Shown: piece after piece, positions 1 to 13,930 of the stretch
Numbering within the stretch: the stretch's first letter is position 1
Layout of the letters: each line of letters opens with the position of its first letter
DNA from: Nemertoderma westbladi
Taxonomy: Eukaryota; Animalia; Xenacoelomorpha
NCBI GenBank assembly: GCA_032718475.1
Contig: JAUCBJ010005476.1
Coordinates: 1 to 56,552, forward strand
Length of the DNA: 56,552 nt
Direction: 5' to 3'
Notes under the pieces: generated by a model
What the model was told of the DNA's origin: nothing
Database searches by the model: none
What the model saw: the letters and a program-made list of their open reading frames with translations, nothing else
Program-made: the position numbers and the translations under genes

Positions 1-254
1 TTTGTCTTACCATGTCCGCTAAAACACGTATATAGCAGAATGATTTTTATGTCCGTTAAAACACCTGTAAAGGTACCTTGCGGGCGAGGGGAATATATAT
101 ACAGTTAGAAAACCTTTTTTAGAGTATTCCAGCGCCTGGGGGGGAACTGGCCAGCAAAGGCAAACGTATCAGTTATCCCACAAAAGCTTTTACACCTCCA
201 TTGCCGGTAAATCCACTACAGAAACTCCCACCATGTATGAAATACATAATATGT

Positions 255-350
255 TACGTTATTTAAGTTTACTACGTACGTTATTTATGTTTACTATGTA
301 CGTTATTTATGTTTACTATGTACGTTATTTATGTTTACTACGTACATCAT
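255..350. repeat. 22-bp minisatellite (tacgttatttatgtttactatg), about 4 copies
   Basis: Tandem unit read directly from the sequence. Confidence 0.85.
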
Positions 351-1575
351 TTATTTAAGACACATTTATGAACTGCGACATATCCCAGTTGAATCATTTG
401 ATGTGAGTTCAGACACTATTTCATTCATAAATGGTGCACCAGACAGAATCCTCCACTCCACCAAAGTTTGCTTTGCGACTTCTTGAGCAGGTGTTTTAAA
501 AGGATTTATTGTCTAACAATGTCTGCCTCGGTAAGTCCATCTCTAATAAAGCGAAACTCGATCAAAAAAGGTAGCTTGGGTTAAGAAAGTAATATTTGAG
601 TGTCGGGGGATTGGACGTGGTGAGGACGCAAAGAAAGTGTGAGCTGAAATTCAAAATACTGTTAATGTGCAACTCCGCAAACGATATCTAGACAATTTAA
701 AGAAGTCACAATAACGCCGAAAAATACTGTATATTTAATGGATAACGTTAATTAAAAGTAACAGTTAATTATTCAAGACTGTATGATTAAGTTACTTTAT
801 TTTAATGTCGCGTATATTTCGCTAATGTTTCTAATGATTAACTGTAATGTTTTACTAATGTTTAATTATCTGTTAGTATTACATCGTCAATGTTGTTGAT
901 GTTGATTGTTTCTAATGTTTAACTTTAATGTTTTACTAATGTTTAATTCTCTATTACATCATCAACACAATTATTCGTAATACATCCGGGTGTTGGTATA
1001 CTGGGCAAAGGGGCCAGAGCAAAGCTCTCTAATTATAGACAGGGCCATATTTATGGGGGGGGGGGGGGGGGGGTGGTAGGGAATGGTGGTGGTGCATGGT
1101 CACACATGTACTAATGATTCTTAATTAACCATTATATTTTTAAACTGATATGTCTTGTAAGGCACCAATTGACATACAGACAACAAACAGAGCACCAATT
1201 TCCCCAACAATATTCACAGAATTAAAACTTTCTCTACAAACAGACCGAGCCAGTGTGGTTTAGTTAACAACATACATTTAGTAAAGCTCACAAAGGAACT
1301 GCGTGATTGACATCTTATGTCATGCCAGCTTATGTAATTCAACCCATTAACTCAAGAGCCCAAGCAACAGACAGAGGCCCCTTCTTGTGGTGCCTCACTC
1401 AACCAGAGTAATTATCCATTCTGTACTGGAACAGTAATGCTGAGTATGACACAGTTGGAGGTCAACCTATCTCAAACCATGGCGCCAGACTCTAGTTTGA
1501 GTTAGATAGAGCTGGCTGCATCTTTCGGATTTCTCAACTCTTACCCCACTCTTCTGAATTTCTCCGTTGACTATC

Positions 1576-3690
1576 ATTAGTAAAACGTTTGAGAAATGAT
1601 ATTCAGAATGAGATAGGGACTGTAGGCGTTCAAATATTGCAAGAATTATCGTTCGCTGCAGGCCATTTATTCTATTTTATAAATATACAAAATTCTAGAA
1701 TGTGTTATTTATTTTATAAGTTGGTTGGCAACAGCGGAATTCCTATCCAATATCTATATTTAAAAAAATTAACGTTGATTATATTGCGAGGCTATTCATA
1801 CTTAAACAAAATGTTCCAGAGCATCCTTAAGTGGTAGCTAAATGAGTACTGGAGTTTCCTCTGGGGAGTAAAGTTCTGGGGGGACCGCACTGGAAATAAG
1901 TCGTCAGACTTTGTGCGTATTCCCTGGCCTAGCGGCCGAAGAAAATTTACTTTTACTTTAAAAGGAAACCAACCAGCAATACATGTCACATTTATAATTT
2001 GAAGGTTCAGTATCTTGTCTCCAAGTATCTACCCATTCTAAAGGCAAGTGCCTTGGATCTGCCTTCCAGCATAGCAGCAGTGTTTAACAAAGAACGTAAA
2101 CATTTCATTATGGCAGGGAAAATCGAATGTTATCTATATATACTACTTATATATGAATTCTCTCTAAGTAAAAATGTTTCACAGTGAAGTTCATCAATTT
2201 ATTCCATCTTAATTATGATAGAAATATATTAAACGAAATAATATAATAAAATTTATTAAAAATAAATTTCCATCTGCCCCATCTAATAAAGTAACTAAAT
2301 GTGTTACAAAGTTTCTTTCTGCTTATAAATCTCGCTGGCAAGTACAGTATCTAATAGAACAGTATCTCGATTTGAGAGAAATATTGCAGTTTGGTTAGAA
2401 CAAACTGTTTTTAAAGATTCTGACATAATAGCGTCACCAATAACTCCCCAGTCTCAACCAACCCTGTCTACAGTCTACACTGTGCGTCCAAGTACATCTC
2501 ACAGTAGTAGGACACGTAAATCACAAGTAAGTGAAGTAATAATAGTGAAGTAATTCACTCAATCATCACAAATACGGGCGATATTTGCCGAATGGTGTTG
2601 CGAAGCAAGGTGGGTTTTGATGGGAGTACTGGACAGTCATACAAACAAACAACTTCCAAGTTCTGGAGCAAACTTTCTTGCAGCCCACATCATAAGGTTG
2701 TATGGCGAAACCACTCCTTCTTCTACCTTACACTGTAGAACACAATTCGCTTTGAGTATAATAAAGAAACCACTCAGCGAATCAACGATGAGCAAGGAAG
2801 GCTATTGAAAGAGCTATTGACATGTGTATTTTCTTTCGCTTTGAAATCATATATTATGTAATTATATTTCTGAATACTGTACATATGGAAAATGATTCAA
2901 AATCTATATTGGCGGCATTAGACTGGAAGGGAAACCTGACCAGTAATGCTGGTGGTAGCACGATTAATGGGCCCGTTACTGTTCCAACCAATGCAATGAT
3001 GTTGTTTAAACAACACTTTGAAAAGTTACTGGATACTGGCAGCATAGGCGGTTTAGACTACATGTACGTACATATACCTTCCTTATACAATCTCATTCTA
3101 GATACCGTTTCTCAAACTGGGTACCTTTTCTTTTACCCAACTTTTATTATTATTAATAATAATAATAATGCATTTTTGTATAGCGCCAAATTTACAACAA
3201 TAGAAGTACGCTAAGGCGCTTACATCACAAGCAATATAACATTAAAACTAGCAGTGCAAGTAGTACAGAAATTAAAATTATAGTCGTCACTAACGATAAA
3301 ACGTGCAGTTCAAAATGACTAAGAGTTATTACAATCGTTAAAAAGTGAAACATACAGTACAAATTGATATATATACTCGCCGTAAATGAAACGTACAGTA
3401 AAAAATATGTAATAAAAAAAATTAATTAGCATAGTTAAAAAGTGTAGTTGACGGACGTACTGAAACAATAAAAACGAGCAATGGGGTAATAAAATGAACA
3501 CAAACACTAAAAAACGTATGAAGAACAAATTGAAAGAAGATTATTATTATTAAACACAGTGAAATATTATAAAATTAATTAAAATTGTCCACGGAGAAAA
3601 ATAACTAGGTGGTACACTTACGTATAGAGCCAATCTCATTCTGAATATCATTTCTCAAACTGGGTATCATTTCTCAAACCTTTTACTAAT
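1576..3690. mobile_element. Putative non-autonomous DNA element bounded by inverted repeats
   Basis: 1587-1614 gtttgagaaatgatattcagaatgagat is the exact reverse complement of 3633-3660. Outer attagtaaaa(c/g)gtttgagaaatgata matches 3665-3690. A further diverged copy lies at ~3090-3120. No clear TSD. Confidence 0.5.
2592..2820 (+). pseudogene. Transib (RAG1-core-like) transposase relic
   Basis: Frameshifted translation gives KVGFDGSTGQS-YKQ ... VWRN..PSSTLHCR..IRFEYNKETT..E, matching Transib motifs around the first catalytic Asp (KxGxDGxxGxSxYKQ; WxNxxPSSxxxCRPI; KE). Confidence 0.7.
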
Positions 3691-3759
3691 TGAATAGGAT
3701 ATATATTGTTCCAAAACATTTGGAAATAAAATGGCATGCCCAATATAAATAAAATTATT

Positions 3760-4720
3760 AGTCTAAAAGGTCGCGCGTAAAATTAATTAAATACATGGCG
3801 TAACGCAGGTCGGAGGTGCAGCTAGGGATGGCTGGGCACGAGGTGTAATGGTCGGCGGAGTTGGCTGGCTGGTCGCACGCCCAGCAGGTACACGTTCTCG
3901 TAGGGCGCCAACCTTTATTTGTCCCTCAAAGTTTGTGATGGAACCCGTTGCTTAGCAACTGGGCTGCCGCACGCTGTCTGACTCCTGTCAGGCGGGACAG
4001 ATTTATGTCGCACATCTGTGGATTTTCAACGGCGTTTAGTATTGCCGAAGATGAAGCAAATTTGCTGACACCGCACCAGACCTTCCAATAGAAAGCTCTG
4101 GTGCGGCGGATGTGATCCAAACTTGCGATGTCATCGGCGGCGGTGAATGTTAGACAACCATATATGATTGCCGGGTACACCACAGCACTCCAGAGACGTT
4201 TCGCGCTGTCCATATAGATTACAGAGAAGTTGATTTTCGATGCGAGTCCTATCGAACTGACAATACCTTTTTTATAAAGATGGTTGTAGTGAGCTGTTGA
4301 GTGGTTTTTAGTTGGTAATACAACACCTAAATAGTTGAAGGAGTTTACAAATTCTAGTGGATGTCCATCGTACATAAGTTTATCATTACGTGAAAGGCGA
4401 AACTTTACAACTTTCGTTTTTGCAATATTTACGGTGAGGTCGTTTTCTTTACAATAGGTCTCCAGGTTCTCCAGTGCTGTCTGAACCTCCTGTAAGGATT
4501 TTCCGCATATGACAAGGTCATCGGCGTACATAATCACCAGGCAACCAGCAGCGATGATAACGAGTGGTAGATCAACCACATATAAAATAAACAATAAGAG
4601 GGGATAATGTATCCCCCTGGAGAACCCCAATTGTTTGAGTTATCGGCTCTAATGTGTATGAACCGATGCAAACACATACATAATTTATAGCCATAATTGC
4701 CCATAGACTAGCAATAAATC
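3760..4720 (-). mobile_element. 5'-truncated non-LTR retrotransposon (RT C-terminal half)
   Basis: ORF 3926-4630 has PLLLFILYVVDL, YADDL, NIAKTK and FNYLG. After a stop comes a CxCxxC...H..C tail. Confidence 0.85.
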
Positions 4721-4809
4721 ATCTACTAACCCCTAGACCAGACAGTTTCGTACAAAGCATTGTTCTATTTATAGAGTCAAATTTTACTAATGATAGTCTA
4801 CAGAGAATT

Positions 4810-6987
4810 TCAGGAGGTAAGAGTTCAGAAATCAGAGCGAGCCAGCCAGCTCAAACTTACTCAAACTAAACACTGGGGCCGCGGCAAATCTGTTCTCCGA
4901 GGTGATGGAATCTCAAAAAGTAGTTGTGAGAAGTAGGTGGATGAAGATTCTATCAGAGATCGTTGCTGTTGTTGAGAAATTGGCGCTTGGGAATTCGAGA
5001 AATGAAGGGAAGAAATTGGGGGAAAGAATGGCAGCCAATGACTGCAAAACTTCAAATTCGTCGGTATATAATGTGGCAGTGACATTGATGCCACATGGCA
5101 GAAGCGTGGCCACACTTCCTTGTATTGTGTGGCATATGTATGATGCCACATGCAGAAGCGTGGCCACACTTCCTTGTATTGTGTGGCCTATGTAATGTCA
5201 GCAGAAACGGGTTCTGTACTGGACACTTATATAGTATCGAAATCGTGCAATGTTTGCCGCAAATATAATAAAATGAAAGTAAAACCGAAACACGACTGCG
5301 ATATAATTTACTCCGGTAGTAGTGCCGGAATGGAAACGTTTGCTGCTAGGCAGAAGTGGGCACGATCTGTAGCCCGGCACCAGCTACGATACACTGAACT
5401 TCTCAGTGATGGCGACAGTTCTGTCTATCTGTCACTATGTGACAATCCGCCTTATGAACCAGAGTTCCCAGTTCAGAAGTACGAATGTATTAACCATGTT
5501 GCAAAGCGTGTCACCCATGGTTTAGACAATGTCCGTCAAACGAAGAAAATTGGAGGAGTCCACGGAATATCACAGAAGAAAATCCATAAACTCAGCAGCT
5601 ACTATCGGAATACTATTGTATCTCCTGTGAGTGGTATTGACTACAAGCTGCTTTCTGCCGCGGAATTAGAACAACTGATCGACAAGATCATAATTGAGAT
5701 CAAAGCAGCCATCCACCACTACACCCACTATCAAGATCCGAACATTCAGCACAAAGACTGTCCAAAAACGTGGTGTAAATACAAGCAGAAGGACGCCAGT
5801 TATATAAGCAAGCCGTTCATCAAACTAGACACAACTTTATCATGCCTGTGTATGATCGTTTGACAGATCGGGAACTGATCAAGAGATTCCTACCGGCGAT
5901 GACTCAGAATCAGAATGAGTCAATTCATTCTCATTTGTGGGGTCGGATTGGGAAGGATAAATTCCAAGGACTGAAAACTCTCAAGTTCCACTCCCATCTC
6001 ACTTCACTTCTCCATAATCGCGGTGTGTCAGCTCTTCAGATGTTGACCCTTGCACTGAAACTTACTCCCGGGTCCACCATGGCCACTGGCTGTCGAGTTA
6101 GGGATTGTAAACGATCCCATAAGAGGCTGAACTTCAAAATTTCTAAAAAGGCAAAAACTACCTCAGATAAATCCTCCTACCAATCAGGGGCATTCTAAAA
6201 TTTTATATAGATTTGAGCTTTTTTTAGATTTGTGTCCAATAAATTTATATATAGTGTAAATGTGTTGTCATGGTAACAATTTCGATTTTTTCTCTGAAAT
6301 CGACTGTTCACTTAATTTTTGACTATTGAGAGTGCCAAAAACGGTTTCGCCATGTGCCATTTAGTATATAAACATGTTCCATAACGTTGATAATTCCTGT
6401 TTTCTTGAGTTATATATTATTTTGCTCTATTTTGAACTTTAAAGCCATTTTTCTCAAAACTATGTTTTTAGACACATAAATTGCATCTACTTTTTTATTC
6501 TTCAACGGATTTTTATTTTGTTTGCGGCGATATGCTGACCATTTATGGCTCAATAAACTGAATAGACAGAATTTTGATATCTACGTTTAAAAAAAAGTTA
6601 CAGCAGATCTTAATTCGCGAAAAGTGGAAAAAATCAAATTTTCTTTAAAAATATATATATGACGTCATAACTTGAGAACCAAGCCAGATATTAAAATTCT
6701 GTCTATTCAGATTAAAGAACACATGATTGCAGTCAAAATAAAAAAAAAAATTTTAAAATCCATCAAGGCATAAAAATGTAGATGCAATTTATCTTTTGCG
6801 GAAAAATTTGCTAATTAACATAATTAGCTTAATTATGCTAATTAATTAATTATGAAAATTGAAAAAGTCCCTTTTTTTATTCCGATCAGGATGAGCCATA
6901 AATGAAATCATTGCGATCAATTGTTCAAAAGTTATGATACATAATGTATATACATAGAAAAATCTTACCAAAGGGGTGAACCCCCCC
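4810..6987 (+). mobile_element. Kolobok-type DNA transposon, 5'-truncated, frameshifted transposase
   Basis: Motifs DATWQKRGH, LSDGDSS, KYECINHVAKR, H..CP..WC and TQNQNESIH lie in ORFs 4902-6198. The 3' end is aaaggggtgaaccccccc followed by TTAA (6988-6991). A ~55-bp internal tandem duplication sits at ~5086-5195. Confidence 0.8.
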
Positions 6988-7299
6988 TTAAGTTAAGTTA
7001 AGTGCATATTTATACAGTAGATATTGCACTTAATAATTAGACTGCATTAGGCCAGGGGATTGGATCCATGTACCGTGTGTACGGAATTGCGTAATTTTTA
7101 CAGTAAATAATCCGGATGGTAAATATTACTAAAAAAAAAAATATCCAAGTAAACATAATTTATACAGTAGGTAGTTAATTGCGGGTGAGTGGCTTGAGAA
7201 ACTTAATAATAGACCGAATAGTTAAACATTAAAGAAATTAATCATTTATCCTTCATTAATCCTTAATTAATCCTTCATTAATCCTTTAATTATGAATAC

Positions 7300-8380
7300 C
7301 CCACGAAAAACGTCGTTCCGGTTAATCCAAAACCTACATATAATTTGTAATACCCAAAGACCATTTGGAGGAAAGTTATTTATTGGCTGTTGAGATCTTA
7401 AACAGCTAGAACCAGTGTTGAGGGTAGAGTTGTCTGGCTGGCTTAGTACACAAAATGTACACACTTTTTCACAACCTTTTCAGTTTCTAGACAATTTGTT
7501 TGTAGTGCTAATGATCGAGAATTGCAGCTTGTAATAAATACCTTGCACTCAACAAATCCATCTCAAATGAGATTGATCAAATGATTAATATCTAAAGAGG
7601 CGTTGCTATTTTTTTGATAGCTGGCAAGATGTTCGAGATGATGTGTTAAAGGTTGTAGGTACTAGAGCTGGTGAACAGAACGTATTAATGAATTATCTAG
7701 ACCAGCAGAGCAATGAAGGTGGTATTGTTATTATTGATAGTATTGATCAGGTCAATAATGGTAACCCAGCAGAGGAGCAATTTTGGAAAGATACCCAAGA
7801 TACTAGCATTATTACTTCAATATCAAAGGCTTGTCGTGAACCAAAACAATTGGTATTATTTCTTAATTATTAATCATTATTCTGTGAGACCGCAATTCTC
7901 AAATGGTCAACTACTCTTTGTTACAAGAGTACCAACTGATAGAACAGATTCCTTTAATGGGGGTATTGTCCCTAAATGTAGTCAGCTGCCTTGTAAATTC
8001 AGAGGTTGCAGGAACCTGCCCAATTGAGAAACTAGATCAGCATAAAATGGCGCTCCTCCTACTACTGTTGGTTATGGTAGGAATACTATCACAGGGAGGT
8101 GAATACAATATCCTGTACACTGTTCACTGATCACTATTCATGGTGTTCAAGGTAAGGTTCTACTTCCATAGATACCCACATTACAATGGACAAAAAGAGT
8201 ATATTAAAATCTGGCTTAAAACCCAAGTAACAACATCAATTTCAAGAGTATATTTCCTTCACCATTTTATGGTGATAGCCAGGTTAACTATTCACCAGAA
8301 TAAGACCGATTCTGAATTCACAAGTAATCCAGCCTACCACCCCCAGGCTCTTTATGTTGTAAGTGGCTTTCCTGGTGAAG
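7300..8380 (+). pseudogene. Helitron PIF1-family helicase relic
   Basis: RPFGGKLFIGC*DLKQLEPV at ~7358, FSNGQ at ~7895, QYP......TIHGVQG at ~8105-8153 and QALYV at ~8345, in PIF1 motif order with many stops. Confidence 0.7.
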
Positions 8381-8535
8381 CAGAGGGTATACTCAATTCT
8401 CAAAGCTGGAAGGAATTTGAGACTCAATGGCACCACGCCACGATACTGATACCAACAGAAGTGGTGTTAATACTAGTTATAGCAGAGAATATATATGTTG
8501 GATTTGAGATTGTTCGCCAGTATACTGCTGGTAAT

Positions 8536-8853
8536 GGAGTCTGGACAATAGCGACCTGGACAATTGCGACCCGGAGAATTGCGACCCATGTTTTTAAACA
8601 AAAATTATGGGTCGCAATTGTCCGGGTCGCAATTGTCAATGATATGCAATGATTTCTCAATGATATATAGATTACATCTTTTTTCTGGATCCGGTCAATT
8701 GCGATCCGGACAATTGCGACCCGGACAATTGTGACCCGGACAATTGTGCCAGTCAATTGCGACCCAGTCAATTGAGACCCATCAATTTTTCCCAAAATCA
8801 TGGGTCGCAATTGTCTGGGTCGCAATTTTCAAGGTCGCAATTGTCCTAACATC
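8536..8853. mobile_element. MITE built of 15-bp ggacaattgcgaccc units in both orientations (MuDR/foldback-like)
   Basis: Imperfect terminal inverted repeats gga..ggacaat / attgtcc..tcc, flanked by direct repeat ctggtaat at 8528-8535 and 8854-8861. Confidence 0.75.
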
Positions 8854-9019
8854 CTGGTAATATATCAATTTAGTAAGTAAGATGTGCCCTTGCCACTGCG
8901 TTAATCATTATAAACTAGTTTCGGAAACAGAGACCAATTAAGGTGACAGAAAAAATATAGGTTTACTGAGTAATAGCAGTAGTAGTGTAGATTTGTACAA
9001 AGAATTACCGATTGCGAGG

Positions 9020-9720
9020 ATGATTTACAGGTAGATAGATGCGATGCTAATCTCAGAGTATTGGGCTGAAATGCATTTAATTGAGAGCAGATCAAGTGCA
9101 TTGTCGCCACAGAGACGGCACACACCGGATTCAGACGGCCGTCAGCAGTTTGCTGAACAAACCTTGTGATGGAAGCTGTTTGAAAAGAACCGGGCTGCCA
9201 TTCTACGGCGTTTTCCCTTGAGGTACCTTAAGTCTAACTGGGAGTGGCCGGGGTTGTCTACTGCATGAGCAACTTTGTGGAATAGGCCCTGGATTATTAT
9301 GACATGTGGAAGTTCCAAAAGTTGCTCCCGTGTTAAATTGTTGTAGTTGAACTCAGAATGAGATTTCACAGTTTGAGTGCCGAGACGAGCGATATTGCAC
9401 TCATATTAGTTAGAGTTGATAGTCGCAATACTGATGCTATACCTCGGTTGTATAAGTGCATGTTGTGACCCAAGTCAACATTCTTTGTAATAAAGACAAT
9501 TCCCAGGTAGTTAAACCTATTCACAAATTCTACTGGCTGACCCTTGTGGAAGAGTCTATCATACTGGGAGAGACGGCCTCCATGGCGGAATTGTATGCTT
9601 TTGTCTTAAGCGAACGAGGTCATTTTTGTCACAATGCAAGTTTGTTTAACCCAGATTGGACCTCCTGAATTGAGTTACCATAGATAGCGTGGTCGTCAGC
9701 GTCTAACAAAACATATGGAT
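9020..9720 (-). mobile_element. Second degraded copy of the LINE family seen at 3760-4720
   Basis: Minus strand reads DADDHAIYG, EFVNRFNYLG and RRRMAARFFSNSFHHKVC, parallel to RQRAAAQLLSNGFHHKL in the first copy. Confidence 0.75.
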
Positions 9721-10349
9721 GGTGTTATGCAGAAACCAGTTAAGCCACACAAACCTCATTTTAAGAAATTCGAGTTTAAAGTTTTTCAACTTCAATCAAT
9801 TCGCAATGGCAACTAGTGACGCATATCAGTTTAAATAATGTTTTTCCAAATATTATAGTGCAACAGCTAAATAAATAAAACGCAAAGAAGTAGGATTTAT
9901 ATTGTTATTTCCGAAAAAAAAACCATTTTAAATTTAACTGGTTTCTACAAATTACAAATAAAATGATTTTTATTTTGCAATAAGCAGTTATCTCACATTT
10001 TTATTCAAAATGATGATATTTTTGAAAGAAATAAACATATTTTATCAATAAACATCGTAGACAAGCAAGTATAAATAAGCAATAGAAATAACTTATGTTA
10101 TTTCCATTATTAATTCCAAGATTTTACATTGATAATTAATTGGCCCTTATAATATGCTACGTTTGTCTGAATTCTGGGAAGGGGATAAACTGACTGAAGA
10201 CCAAAAGTAAATGCCCAGGTTATTTGGTCCCTATTTTTCAGATCATTTTTCATCTCATTTTCATTTTTCAGATCATTTCTGCAAAGGCTAGGTGGGTTTT
10301 GCGTACCTGTACTGTAGGGCCTGTTTGGTTTAAAACAAATTATTCGAGA

Positions 10350-13048
10350 TTCTACCAGAATTACCAGTAAAACTTCTACTTTACTAGATCACATCCTTTG
10401 TAATAATACCGATATTATTTCTCAATCTGGGGTTTTACCTATAGGTCTAAACGATCATTTTATAGTTTTTTGCACAAGAAAGACACAAAAATCTTTTTTC
10501 GGGGATAATAAAACAGTAACAGTTAGGTCTATGAAAAATTACAGCAAGGAACGCTCTTTAAGTTTGTTAGTTAATTCTGACTGGGAACCCTGTTTTAAGG
10601 CCGCTGACATTAACCATGCATACACTGTTTTTAAAGATATATTTTTTTAAAGGCACTTAATACTGTAGCACCAATTAAAGAAATTAGTCTTAAACAACGC
10701 ACTGAGCCCTGGATGACCTCGGGTATTCTTAGTAATATCAGAGAAAGAGATAACTTTTGTATAAATTTAGGATATTTATTTAAATACCGTGTTTTAGCTG
10801 ATTATAATAATTACTGCAAATATAGAAACCTTGTCCAACGGGAAATAAAAAAAGCGAAATCTGAATATTTGTACAACAAAATAAGTGAGAATAAAGATAA
10901 TCCTAAAAGTCTATGGTCTACCCTTAAATCTTTAGGTTATAAAAACCTTAAATCTAAATCGAATATTGTTCTGCAAGATAACGGTGAGCTGATTCATGAT
11001 CATACTCTAGTTAGTAATTTATTTAATAATTATTTTACTAATGTTGCCTCTAATTTAGTTAAGAAGTTACCGTTATCAAGTAATAAATATAGTATAGGGT
11101 CCGAAACTCTAAATAATTTGTATTTAGAAAAGTTACAAAATTCAGAAAAGTTATTTTTAAAACCCGTTTCTGAGGATTTCGTTTTTCAAAATCTACTTAG
11201 CCTATCAGCCTCAAAAAGTACCGGTCTAGACCTAATACCTGCCCGTTTTCTTAAGGATGGTACTGAAGTACTTAAAGTGCCTGTTACTCTATCGTAGATA
11301 ATGTAGTACCAGACGAACTGAAATCAGCTAAGGTTGTTCCTCTGTATAAAAAGATAGTAAAGTAGAACCCTGTAATTACAGACCTGTTAGTATCTTAAGT
11401 ATTGTATCTAAAATTCTAGAACGTTCTGTTTTTCTACAGCTGGAAGCACATCTTAGTAGGCTAATTCTGATCTATGAACTTCAGTCCGGTTTTCGTAAAT
11501 CATATTCTACAGACACCTGCCTTATTAACTTAACTGATACAATTATATGTAATAACGCAAAGGGTTTATATACTGGTATGGTAATGTTGGACCTACAAAA
11601 GGCTTTTGATACTGTAGATCACGAAATTCTGATTGGTAAGTTAGGCCTGATGGGTGTAGGTTCTATAGACTGCTCCAAGTCCTACCTGTCAGACAGAGGT
11701 CAATCTGTAGTCATTAGCAAATCGCAGTCTACTGTACAAGAGATTACCTGTGGTGTACCGTAAGGTAGTATATTAGGTCCTCTGCTTTTTGTATGCTATG
11801 TAAATGATATGCTAAGTAGTATAGATCCCGATTTTAAACTCATTTTATATGCTGACGACAGTGCTCTTATTTTCTCTCATAAAGATCCTATCCATATTTC
11901 CCAAAAGTTAAGTACAGTTCTAGAATCCTGTAATGAGTGGTTGGTTGATAATAAGCTATCCATTCACTACGTACGGTAAGACTGAAAGTATTTTGTTTGG
12001 TTCCAAAAGAAAGTTAAAGAAGGTAACTAAGTTTGAAGTCACTAGTAATGGACATAAGATTGAAAATAAAAAGGAAGTTAAATATTTAGGCGCCACATTT
12101 GATAACTGCTTATCAGGAGAAAGCACAGTGAAAAATATTTTCTCGAAAGTTAATAGTAGGCTTAGGTTTCTATACAGAAATAAAAATAGTTTGAACACCG
12201 ACTCCCGCAAGTTACTTTGCACTTCTTTAATACAGTGTCACATGGACTATGCGTGCTCTTCTTGGTATGAAGGCTTAACCAAACAGCTTAAATGTAAATT
12301 ACAAGTAGCTCAGAATAAAGTAGTACGATTTATTAAAGGCTACAAACCTAGGCACCACCTAACTCCGGATGACTTTTGTGAATCTGGACTACTTAACTTA
12401 GATAGTAGAGTTAAGCAGCTACGCCTTAACCATGTGCATAAAGTGTATAATGGTAAATGTCCCAATTACCTAAAACAAAAATTCAACAGAGTATGCGATA
12501 CACACTCTTCAGTACCAGAGCTAGTGCTTCAAACTTTTACCTCCCGAATTGTAAATCCTTTGAATCTGATACTTTATTTTTTAACGGCATTAAAAATTGG
12601 AACGCTCTGCCTAATGAAATTAAAAACCTAGATAATCAACATTCTTTTAAATCTGCAGTTAAATCTCACCTCCGTGTGCAATGTAAAAATAGGTACAATA
12701 GTCCTACAGTAAGTTATTAGTTTATTAATTATTTACTATTTATACTGTAATTACGTTTTATAATAAATTGTTCTGTACATTACATCTTTATCGTTGAGTC
12801 GGGCATTGTCACGCTCTCGGTAAAGTTGTACATGTACATAGTGTAATTACGTTTTATATTGGTTTTAGGTTAGCATAGTGTAATATTGTATTTGTAACCA
12901 AGTAACATAAAGGACCCCCTTGGAAATAAGCTGCAAAGCTTTAGGGGTAATCCTATATGTTATGTTGAACAATACTTTTATACCGGTACATTGTTTGGTG
13001 TATTTGTTATTGTTTTTACATAATGTATAAACAAATCTATCTATGTCT
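10350..13048 (+). mobile_element. CR1/L2-group (Crack-like) LINE, 5'-truncated, degraded ORF2
   Basis: Endonuclease end (LLDHI...GLNDH), then NYRPVS, DLQKAFDTVDH, GVP*GSILGP, YADD and KYLG. The 3' UTR has a hairpin (aaggacccc...ggggtaatcct) and a (CTAT)n-like tail. Confidence 0.9.
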
Positions 13049-13556
13049 GTGAAGTAGATAATGTTAAACATTGTTGTTAGCAGCTATAATCATATCCCTA
13101 CTATAAATTTCGTATTCTCATCACCGAAAAAGATTTCATTTTCCATCATCACAAAATCTAGCGCCTCATCTGCATTATAAAATATCTGTTTATGAGCCAT
13201 AGTCCAGTAATGTTCAACCATATGATGCTGTAAAAGCAAAAAAATATGTAAAATGTAACAAATGTAATTTTAAAAATCCCACTACACCTAGTTAATATCA
13301 ATTTAACTGTATACCCAATAGGAAAGAATAAACTAATTTCTGAGGATGTGGGTTAACTGGTTTTTGTAAAATGCCACTACATATGTTTCAGTATAGTCTA
13401 TCCAACAACATGTGGGATAACTGGTTTCTGCAAAATAGAAAACTTAGTTATTGCAATATGTGGGTTAACTTTTTCTTCAATTTCTAGGCCTTTACGTTGT
13501 TGTATGGTCTCCAAAATTCACATGCTCATACTTAATGGCTAAGTATAAGCTGTTAC

Positions 13557-13930
13557 ATCTCTGGATATCACCAGATGGAGAAAACAGCCTCGAAATAGTG
13601 TGAACCCGAAAAGAAGTTGCAGACCTGAATACTCAGCTTGAATACGTTCCTCGCACACATCGCGGATTTTACATTGATTTGATTGAATGCAACTCTTTGA
13701 GTGATAATACTGATATAGACTAAGCACCTAAACTAAACACCAATGTATACTCTACTGCTGGCGAATCGACTAACTCTCCCATTTATTTTATACATGTTTG
13801 TGTAATTTTATTAAAACTGGGTAAAACTATATTGGTAAGAAATTTAAAATTAAAACTGTGTTGTTTTAACAATATAATACAGACTAGCTGAATGAAAAAT
13901 AATTTTGTTCTGATGATAATGATGGTGATC
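13557..13930 (+). mobile_element. DNA-transposon 3' fragment (Sola-like C-terminus), copy 1
   Basis: Near-identical to 15083-15457. Encodes NP..K.ADL..QLEYVP..HRGFYIDL. Nearby tgtggg(t/a)taactggttt repeats at 13347-13472. Confidence 0.45.

Noticed and set aside
1150-1560. Possible BEL gag zinc-knuckle relic on the minus strand
   Set aside because: Cys/His spacing is not recoverable without several assumed frameshifts.
8424-8825. Repetitive ORF (VAIVR)n and CRISPR-like periodicity
   Set aside because: Translation of a 15-bp MITE array; there are no unique spacers and the context is eukaryotic.
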